A DNA stretch of 63,923 bases, filler included, from Reclinomonas americana ATCC 50394 (lineage: Eukaryota): assembly GCA_048213135.1 (NCBI GenBank). It is 18 parts of 18 records of this genome, joined end to end, with 100 filler letters (N's around TTAATTAATTAA, not from the genome) between each part and the next. Parts side by side here need not be neighbours in the genome. Positions count along the whole stretch, not along the records: positions 51,731 to 60,210 come from AFZH01016919.1; positions 60,311 to 61,864 come from AFZH01016924.1; positions 61,965 to 63,923 come from AFZH01016936.1; 15 more parts are not named here. One strand, written 5' to 3'. The position numbers and the translations under genes were made by a program. Below, one piece after another: positions 54,530-63,923 of this stretch. Every line of letters begins with the position of its first letter. Position 1 is the first letter of the stretch. The notes under the pieces were generated by a model that was not told the origin of the DNA, did not search any database, and saw nothing but the letters and a program-made list of their open reading frames with translations.

Positions 54530-56180
54530 TCAATGACGCCAACCCTTGTCATGCCCATCGGGCATGTGTGGTTCGAGGAAGCCGCGGAACTGCAAACAAC
54601 ACGTAGTGTTCGGCGATTGAGCGACGAAGCGGTGGCCGATGGAGTGTGCGCATACAAACACACACGCACGGACGTACCTCGAGATCGTACTGCAGAATAA
54701 AGTCGAGTTCCACTGGCAGGAGTCGTGCTGAAGTAGAAGTGCATCCACTCCCGCTTCCAGCCGCCGTGCTGTCCTCCTCCGCTGGCGCAGCAGCCGATGC
54801 TGTATCGGCAGCGGCGGCGGCGGCGGCGGCAGTTGCGGAAGTACATCCACTCTCACTGCCAGCAGCATCCGTCGAGGCCGCAGCGAGTACATCGGAGAGC
54901 CACAACCGTGGGGTGACGAGCCAGCGAAGACCTGCGTCAAGTCAGTCAGCGGGCACGCGCAGGTTGAGGATGACGGGGAAGAGATAAGTGTCGACGTACC
55001 GTACCCCTCCTCGTGTCGCAGCTCCAGCGTGTAGAGATTGTGCTGCAGTGTGGCAGCACCTCAGATGCACAGTTACCACCCGACACGACAGTACGACTTG
55101 TTCCCCCACTCACCGGTAAACTGTGCACATTGCGCCACACAATGCGCTGCAGAACACGCCGAAACACGTCGATACAGTGCCTGTTCTTGACCAGGTCGTT
55201 GCCTTTCATCGCTTCGCCCCACCTGGAGAGCGTGGTGGAAAGAGGGTGAGAGAGACATCAGAAAATGAGGGGTGCGACGGCAGGTGCTTCTCTCTCTTGC
55301 TATTGACAGCCCGTCTTCGTCTTCTTCTTCCTCTTGTTCTTCTTCTCCTCCTCCTCCATCTTCTTCCTCATCTGTCTTCCTTTTCTCACTGTACAAATGT
55401 GATACTCTTTCTCCCCCCAGCCCTCCCACACACACTCACCAGCGATCGTGCGAGCGGTGGAAATGCTTCAACAACGCACGCGCTCCCACCGTCAGAGTTG
55501 GCGAGTGCGGCGCATTGATGGTGCGCGCCAGCTGCTCCAACCTGCACACAAAATACGAGAGATTCATTGCGTAGCCAGATCAGTAGTGACCGTAAATACA
55601 CACTCAACGTGGGCGGCACACACGGCACACTGCCCTGCGTGCGCCGATAGCCCACCAACGCCATGATCCCGTACGTGCCACACTCCTGCTCTCCACAATC
55701 AACCAAACAAACGAATCCATAATGGAAGACAACTGCACACCAGCAACCAATCGCCAATCGAATCGCTCTCCTCGTCCGTCTCCATCGCCGACAGCATTCG
55801 CAAACGCCACTCCTCAGTCAACACCGTCTCATCGCGCAACAACAGTGAGGCCGCACAGTCGACCAGCTCGCCACGCAACAACCGCCCATCGTCCACCGTC
55901 CAAGCAACGGCCGCGCGCAAGTCGTCATCACCGCGCGCACTCCACTCTGTCCACGCAGAGTCGACGACGGGCGTGACTGCAGACGAGTCGACGTGCGCGA
56001 GATGAGTCATGAGCGTGTGTGCGGCCAGTGCGCAGGCGCGTGGATCGTCGCGGAGTGGGGAGTGTGGGTGGTGAGCGTACATGTGCTCGAGGGCGGTGGT
56101 GAGCAGGCGATGAACGCGCATGGGGGCGAGTCGATGAAAGAATGGTTTGCGGACAAAGGACAGCTCCTCCTCGGCTGTTG
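54530..56180 (-). CDS. Homologue of the C-terminal domain of plant At2g43465-type (ASCH-associated) proteins; 5' end unresolved
   Basis: Spliced motifs LTVGARALLKHFHRSHDRW|WG...GNDLVKN...VWRNVHSLP|..TLELRHEEGYG|LRW...|FRGFLEPHMPDGHDKGWRH*. Family assignment is from recall. Confidence 0.75.
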
Positions 56181-56608
56181 CTTTGCGTGCCACTCCTCAA
56201 AAAGTGTGTGGTTGTGAGGGAGAAGGCCAACGTGCTTGCTGCGAGAGGGGGAAGGAGAAAGCGTGTGGAGCTGCGTTCGCGAAGTTGCAAGCAAGAATGT
56301 GTTCGTGGTCGCTCTGCACTACTGCTGCAGCCACTGGAGTGAAGAGACTGTGAAGTGTGCAACAGTTGTCTTTCGTGTTGCGGTCAGTCTCCTTGCTGAG
56401 CTATGCTGCATGTGGCCAAGATCGTCGACGTCGACTTCGCGACGCTGAACCCTTCGACCTCTGCGTTGTTGCGCTCCCTTCCGCGTCAGTGCATGCTCTC
56501 CTCCCTCAGCACCTCGCATGCTCATACAACAACACGGGCGACAACCACCAACGTCGCACCTCTTGAATGTCTAAATGTCCGAAGTCACTCTTTTTTCCCT
56601 CAACACAC

Positions 56609-59600
56609 ATGGACGCTGGCCCTGCGCCGCCTCCTCCTCCTCCACCCGCACCCACTGATGCCTTTCACGGAGTACCCACATCCACTCCTCGCTCACGACT
56701 GAGCTTCCGGTTCGCATTCTCACTCACACACACATTCTCACACACTCGCACTCACACACGCACACACAGCGCCCCGCCTGTCCCTCGCCTCCACCTCCCC
56801 GTCCCCGATGAAAGCGTTCTGTTCGCCAACGACCCTGTGCGACACACGGTCACCGATCGCGCAGTGAGCCCACTCGGCCTCGGGCTCACCCCGCCCTCGG
56901 AACGCGAACGACGAGTGCTGCTGCGCCGACAACGCTTTGCCAGCTCTGTGCGTGAGTCGACTGCACAGAGCGACACTGTGCGGACTCCGACAACGACTGC
57001 GACACTGGGAGGAGCGGCCTCGCCCACTGCTGCAGCATCGGTGATTGTTCACTCGCCGACGATTGCGCGACCAGTCATGTCGCAGGCGCAGACGGCGAGG
57101 CTGGAGCGCAGGCAAGTGGAGAAGGCACTGTCGTCGCATTACCCGCCTAGTATTGCCAGTCGACCGTGGCTGCTGCCGCCTAGCCGGACCAAGTCGTTGA
57201 TCCGATCGCCGACGTCGTCGAGTTGCGCTCGACAGCAGAGCGCATGCGCAGCCTCGGTCTCACTCGCTGACACACTCCGTTGTCGTGCAGCTCCACAACC
57301 GCCTCCGGGCAAGCCAGTGCCAAAGGGTCGCACGGGGAAAAAGGGCAAGCAAAAGGCGAAGAAGGACGACAACAAGGATCGCGAGAGTGGTGCTGGTGAT
57401 GGCGACGGGGATGGGAGCGGTGCCGAGGATAACAAGGACAGTGTGACGGCAGTGGTGGATCCGTTGCGAAGACCACTGGGCACGCAGCTGACGCTCTTTC
57501 GGCAGCGGTTGCCGACTCGTGGTGCCTCGGCGCGCGATGCTGCTCGTGTGGCGACACTCACGCGGAGTGTGAATCAGCGACTCGACACGCCGGCGATGCG
57601 CAAGCTGACGAATCGGCCGCTGACAGAACCCACGGCGCTCATGCGGCACGTCAGTGCGCTGGAATTCATCGGTGGCAAGGAGGACGACTCAGAGACTGCG
57701 GTGGCCAAAGAGGCGGCGGCCGCCGCGGCTGGAATGCTTCCGGATGCACTCGAGGCCGAGGAGGATGAAGAGAAGCGCTTGGCGGAGGATGTGACGCGAT
57801 TCCGCGACGAGGTGGATCGCATCTTTGGTGAGTTGTGTTGGATGGGTGGGTTCGGATCAACGTATTCTCACGTGCCACTCTGGCAGGAGCGTGCACAACT
57901 GGACTGTTTCACGAGCTCCCGGTGGCGGTTATTGCAGAGAGTGCAGCTGGCCATCACCATCACCACCATCACGGTAACGTGTGCGCGACTGCTGCACTCT
58001 CTTCAGTTAATAGTTGACTCACCGCACCGCGGGATAGCTGGCCCATCGGCGAGCAACACACTGGGTGGAGAGACGGCGGCTGCCAAGCGCAGCCGGCAAC
58101 GCAAGGTGCTGAGTCGACATCAAGCGGCAGAGCGTGCGGTCGAAAATCAGCTGCTTCGGCTCATGGAGCGTGAAGAGGAACGACGTGCGCTGGAGAATCG
58201 TGTTGGTGAGCAGCCGTTCGTCGCACCGTGCTGTTTCTGTATGCATCCGCTCACCAACTTCTCTCTCTTCACAGCACGCTACCAGGCCGAAATTGAAAGT
58301 GAACGTCTGGCCAAAATGCGCGACACGGAGCGTGGCATGTCGGTGGTCACGCGCAACAAAATCCGCGTCTCGTCGCACACGGCCGAGAACCATGTTGAAA
58401 AGATTCACCAGTGGGCGAGTGTCGCATCGCAACGAGGTTTTCCCCCACCGAGATGTAGCTCTCACTGCTTGTTTTCTTGCTTTTTTTGTCCTCGTCGCAG
58501 AATGCACTGCTGTTGGATCGCCTGGGTACGGCACGAGAACGGCGTGAGGAGCGAATGGTTGAACGCCGCGCGCGCATTCTGCAGATGTTCGAGGACACCA
58601 AGACGCGATTTGAGCGCCTCGCCGCCTGGCACAAGTGGTACGATGATCCGCGACGGTTGCATTTCATCGAAATGGGCGTGCAGTGGCTCATGCAGTGGCT
58701 CATGCTGACGGCCGGCTTCTCCCGAATGCAAGTGTTGGTAGACCGGCTGTCGGTGCGTCGCGATCGACTTGCCACTGCCTTTTCTGCTTCCATACAGCTT
58801 CCTTGTTTTTTGTTGTTGATCGTGTGCGCAGAAACTGCGACGAGCTCGCGCCGAGCTTCGTGCTGCGCTCTTCTTGCAACGTCACCTCATGCCTCTCATT
58901 CGCAAGCGTGTGCAACACAAGAAAGACGTGCTGAGGAGAGTGTTGAAGCGGTGAGTGTGTGGGTGGGGCTGTGGTTGCTGTGGTCAAACAAAGTGGCCCA
59001 CCTGTATTCCTCAAGGTTCTCGCTACGGCGCATCATCAAGCTGCGAATCCGGAGAAAGCGCATGGCGTGCATCATGGTGCGCAACGTGCTGCGATGTGCC
59101 GTCGCGGCTGGTCGCTCGTACTACTTTATCGGCAGATATTGTCTTGCTTGTTGCGTCGCCGCCACCACCACTCGCCCTCTCTTGTCTTCCCCCGACTCAC
59201 ACGTGGTGCAACACTGCCAGGTCGACGAAGTGCACACTACATTCGCAGTGTGGTGGACATTCGCAAGTGTCGTCTCCAGGTGATCACCATGCAGTGGTCG
59301 CGGTACTGTGCGCGTCGACTGGCTCGTGAGCGAAACGAGCGTGCTCGCTACAACCCGACTCAAGACGAGGGCGGTAGACAGCCGTACTATCTCATGTCGG
59401 GGGTGAAGACGACCATACATTTTACGCCAGTGCTGGATCATGTGAAGAGGTGGGTGGAGGGCGATTGAGAGTGTGTGTGACTCAGATGGCAGTGTGGCAT
59501 CTTGCTGTTGACACGCTTTCTCGCAGCGACGGTCCTGTGGTTAAAAAGCGAGTTTTGGATCACGAACGCAACGTGCGACACGCTTGGTGGGAGTCGTACT

Positions 59601-60160
59601 TGTACTACAAGAGCCGCAACGAGGAAATCACACGACAGCAGGAGGTCTGATTCGGTAGCACTGCGTTGTCCAGCAATAGGCGGGTGACACTCACCCTGTG
59701 CACGCGTGCATGCAGGGCCTTGAACCACACGCACGAGCCGAATACATTATGAAGGGCTCCTCCAAGGCCGCCTCACGAAGCTTTGCGTTGCCGGACCATA
59801 TACAGTTGCAGATTGATCAAGCCCGCGAAGATCTCGAGCGGCTGAGGTGACTCTTCCCCCCCCCTCCCCCCTCTCTTCAGCACGCCCCACATTGTCGTCA
59901 TTGTTGTGCTCATGCCTCCACAGACCGCCATATCCCATCCGCCGAGTGCTGCTCTCCAAGCAAGAGCTGGACGATTTGTGGCTGGCCGTATGTCGCGAGG
60001 CCATTGTGGTGTATGCGCAGCGGCTGCCGATGCTGCCGAGCATTGTCGGGCCCAAGTGCGGTTTCAACGTGGTCGACTTTTTGTAAAGGGAAAGTCGATC
60101 AACCTGCTTTGCTTTGTTTGCCTTGGCCATTTCAGCTGCAGGTAGGATGAATAAACGCTG
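56609..60160 (+). CDS. Uncharacterised protein: Pro-rich N-terminus, coiled coils, IQ-like basic helices (3' end uncertain)
   Basis: About 13 exons traced in frame (donors at 56710, 57222, 57827, 57974, 58206, 58415, 58753, 58951, 59150, 59450, 59645, 59848, each approximate). Contains AALFLQRHLMPLIRKR. Confidence 0.6.
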
Positions 60161-60593
60161 AGCAACTGTTGCAGATCGCTGTCGACTTGTTCAAGGACTG
60201 CATTTTTTGANNNNNNNNNNNNNNNNNNNNNNNNNNNNNNNNNNNNNNNNNNNNTTAATTAATTAANNNNNNNNNNNNNNNNNNNNNNNNNNNNNNNNNN
60301 NNNNNNNNNNATTGTCGTTGTCGTTGATGGTGGTGGGGAGAGAGGCAGGAGGAGAAAAGCGGGGAGAGCATGATTGTGATAAAGAGGCGTGCAATTGCCG
60401 TGTGGTTTGCGCGCCCAGTTCGCTTCACTGCTCTTCTTCTTCTTCTTTTTCCTGTCTCTTAATGTTCTCTTTGTTTGGGTGTCGGAGTAGGAGGAGGTGG
60501 TGGTGGTGGTGGTGGCAAGAGGCGAAATGTGACGCAATGTACCAGTCGTCGCTTGCTCTGTTGTGCAACAACATTCTAGTCGCGCCGTTTTCT

Positions 60594-61653
60594 TCATTCT
60601 AATTCCGTCACATTGCTGGGCGTCGCGGGTGAGCCGTGCGGTACCACGCGCAGCACGAGTGTGGTGTCGGCCAGCGCAAATCGCGCATGATCAAAAATCT
60701 GGCGAATGGTGCTCGAGTTGCGCACATGCACCCAGTCGTCGGTGCTGCCCTGGCACTCAAAGTACACATCGACGGCCTCCGGGTTGGAGTAGCGTGGATT
60801 CGTCTCGTCGTCCCACGGTGGCGGCAGCACGTGCTCCAACAGCTCACCCATGGCGTTCGACTCGAGGACCTCGCTCAAGAAATCCGATTGCTGATGCTCC
60901 GGATACAACAGCACGCACGGCACGCACAGTTCGCCCGTCTCCGCATCCTCACTCGGCAGTCTCACGCCTCCGAACTCGCCCCACTGTGCCGAGTCGATCT
61001 GCGGCGCACCACGGCGCACTCGGTGCCTGGCGAGCATTCCACCCAGACCAGAGGCCTCGGCACGCTCGCGCTGCAGACGTTCCACTTCGCGCTTGGCGGC
61101 CTCCTCCTGCGCCCGGTGAATCTGCGCCGACAGCTCCAACAGCGAGCGATTGGTGGCCTCCTCGGCCAACCCGAGCTCGCATTGCCGCAGCGCCTTTGGG
61201 AACTTGCGCACCATGAAGCATGCCTTGGCCGCGCGATAACGTGCCTGTGCGCCACTGTGGCGATCAGCATCCTATTCTCACTCTTCTTCACGCTTTTTCC
61301 GCATCAGTCACCTTGACATTGCGACCTCCGCACAGCTGAATGCACCTCTTTGCATCGGCGTAGGCGTGACCGTAGTTGTGGAGCTGCAGCTGCGCCTGCG
61401 AGCGATTGTTGTGCAGCGTCGCACGCAGCTCATCACTGATGCCTTCCACGTCCAGTCCACGAGTGTAAAACGTGACTGCATCATGCAGCAATCGTCGACA
61501 CAGCTCCGGTGTAACGTCGGACTTGCCCGAGTCTCGAAGCAACTCGTTGCCTTGGTTCTTGAAGTTGGTGCTGATCTCCTCCGGTGGACCCTCATACGCA
61601 ATCGCCTGCAGAGCCTCCAGTTCCGGCACCTGTGTCACATCCTCGGGGAGCTC
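60594..61653 (-). CDS. TTC4: TTC4/Cns1 TPR co-chaperone, 5' end in gap
   Basis: LEALQAIAYEGPPEEISTNFKNQGNE, NNRSQAQLQLHNYG, NVK|ARYRAAKAC, and wheel-domain LLYPEHQQSDFL...PPPWD. Confidence 0.93.
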
Positions 61654-61694
61654 CTGCATGCGTGCGTGAGATAAAGAAGAAGAATGGAGAGCAC

Positions 61695-61765
<71 letters not shown>

Positions 61766-61964
61766 ACAGTAGAGAGTGTACGTACTTAGTTAGTACTACT
61801 ACTCGTACGTACGTAGTCGGTCGGCGGTCGGTCGTCCGTACGGTCCGGGTACGGTACGGAACGGNNNNNNNNNNNNNNNNNNNNNNNNNNNNNNNNNNNN
61901 NNNNNNNNTTAATTAATTAANNNNNNNNNNNNNNNNNNNNNNNNNNNNNNNNNNNNNNNNNNNN

Positions 61965-63503
61965 GAGTGCAAGAGGGAAAGTGAGCTACGTTTCGCAAGC
62001 GGTTGCTACCGGCGTAGGTCGGGAGAGAACGTACCTCCACACAGTGACAAGAGTCTCGCTGAACATGTGTTTGTAGCCCTCCATTACGAGCTGATGCGCT
62101 CGGCAGATTAGATCCAGATGATTTGTAGTGTTGAACTGCGCCGCGAGGCAAGAGTGAGCACGATGGCAAACGAAGCGTGCGATGCCTGAAAACCAACCTG
62201 CTGTACAACGTCGCCACCAAACAGGTAGCCGGCACCACGCGGGCTCAGTCCCCACCCGTCAATGTCTTCGGGGTCGGACCACAACAAGTCGCACATGGCG
62301 CCATCGTGTGGCACCTCCAGCTTACGGTCAATTGTGCGGATCTGCATCGAGCGAGTGGCACTGGTATTGAGTGCACAAGAGAAGCGATCATCGCTCGGCG
62401 CGCGCGCCCGACACCACACGAAACCTGATCGAGCGTGTTGATGGATGGCGACAAGCCACCGTGCACGCAAAAGATCTTGTCTTCGATCAGCGCCGACAGC
62501 GACAGGTAGTCGAACACCTCAGTGCAGTAGCGCCACACATTGACACTGCCGTACTTGCGCAGGCACTCGTCGTAGAAGCCATACACCTGCGTAATCTGGC
62601 GCGACTCGTGGTTTCCTCGAATCAGCGTGATCCGATCCGGGTACCGCACCTGCAACGCACGTCACACATTCGCTCTCCCTACGCGTCATCGCCCGCACAT
62701 CGCACGCACCTTGAGCGCCAACAGCAGCAAGAAGGTCTCCACCGAGTAGAACCCTCGATCCACAAAGTCGCCCACTGATGCACGAACGCACAAATAGAAA
62801 ACACAGTAAGCACGCGATGCTTACACAGCGCGCGCACGCTCGATCACAGTGGCGCAACTGAAGAGGTAGTTGGTGTCGGGCACGTCGCCACCGACCTTGA
62901 ACAACTGCGCGACCATAACGAATTAGCACGCGCGCGCGCGATCGAACAGCACTCTGCGGATGTGACTTGCCTCTCTCAGATCATAGTACTGGCCGTGGAT
63001 ATCACCACAGATCTGTGCGTGCAGAGAGAGACAGAGAGTGGGCGGGAAGGACATGTCACACAAAGAGCGCGCGCGACATGTCAAAAGTGTGGGTAACTGT
63101 GACGGGAGCGTCGACGCGTTGCACGTTGGATTCCTACGCAAACCACAACGCGCATAAGAGAGAGACAGAGAAAGAAGAAACAGTCCACTGAGATAAATAT
63201 AATAAAAGTCACCTCAATGAGGATTTCCTTGGCCTTGCTGCACAGCTCCTTGACCTACGCGCACAAGAAGAGCGACACAGTGCCGTGTGTGTGAGAGAGA
63301 GAGAGAGAGAGCACGCGCGTGTGTGGCCATGGCTCGCGCGCGCTCACTCACCTCGCTCTCCTTGATGATCTCGCACTTCTTCAGCTGCTCAATCTGCCTG
63401 TCGAGATCGCTGCGACAAGCCAGACACCGTGTGATGAGCGATGATCATCATGCGACAACTCAGTATGGCCACACTCCACAAAAAAAGAGAACCTCTGCGA
63501 CAT
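61965..63503 (-). CDS. PPP4C: Serine/threonine protein phosphatase 4 catalytic subunit, 3' end in gap
   Basis: Ten exons. [115 protein letters not shown]. Confidence 0.97.
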
Positions 63504-63835
63504 GGTGTTGCCCGGTGGAGGATGATCGCTGGCTTTTTTTGTGACGAGGGGAGGAAACAGAAGAGAGGAGCCACACTCGCTGCCTGCTTGCTGCTGCGCC
63601 CAACTCGCTCTCCGCTGCCCTCTGTGAACGTTGCGTTTCGCGCGATTTTCGTCGATCCGTCATCAACACAAAGACTCAGCGAAGGAGCGCGCAAAGGCTT
63701 TGAGCGCGCGAATGGACACGCTCTCGTCGTCAGAGGCGCAACGATGCGACCCGCATTCGCTGACACTGACGCAGTTGAAGAGCACGCTGTTGGCATCCTC
63801 TGCAATTTGTTGCGTGCACACACTTACTCACACTT

Positions 63836-63919
<84 letters not shown>

Positions 63920-63923
63920 CTAC

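Noticed and set aside
56567..58708. 713-aa single-exon ORF (likewise 11575-12894 and 27059-28372)
   Set aside because: Reads through stop-free introns with clear donor, branch and acceptor signals. The spliced models fit better.
61775..61864. TACG/GTC-rich sequence at contig ends (also 3520-3610, 21875-21977, 46863-46940, 51731-51760)
   Set aside because: Looks like low-quality pyrosequencing read tails beyond microsatellites.
62775..62858. Reading shifted donors as non-canonical G|TT...AG introns
   Set aside because: Conserved residues (PP4 Met a|tg, kinesin Ala gc|c) and frame require cutting before the G, giving GT-AG ends.

Overview
Gene-dense, intron-rich DNA from a eukaryote, probably a flagellated protist (inferred from SF-assemblin-like, dynein-stalk and EF-hand cytoskeletal genes). 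The window is 18 contigs joined by artificial 100-nt spacers (N-run, TTAATTAATTAA, N-run). I traced about 22 spliced genes by hand: a type II membrane protein with phage-tail-fibre-like repeats, two divergent propeller paralogues, an EF-hand-like protein, kinesin-14, GcvT, Alba, three WD40 paralogues, an ARM-repeat protein, a motorless 2x dynein-MTBD plus CAP-Gly protein, an SF-assemblin-like protein, a dual-specificity phosphatase, three tandem copies of a large secreted repeat plus H-type-lectin protein, a double GT77-like protein, an At2g43465-like protein, an unknown coiled-coil protein, TTC4 and PP4c. The main finding is a two-register 5' splice-site code. Of roughly 110 non-redundant introns, 27 have donors GTT(G/A/T)(C/A)GT-like, mostly GTTGCGT, i.e. 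the GTGCGT/GTGAGT motif displaced by one base. Every donor I traced after an exon ending in A or C is of this class. Exons ending in G take very relaxed normal-register donors, including several GC donors. All gene models come from reading the sequence, with no RNA-seq or database searches.
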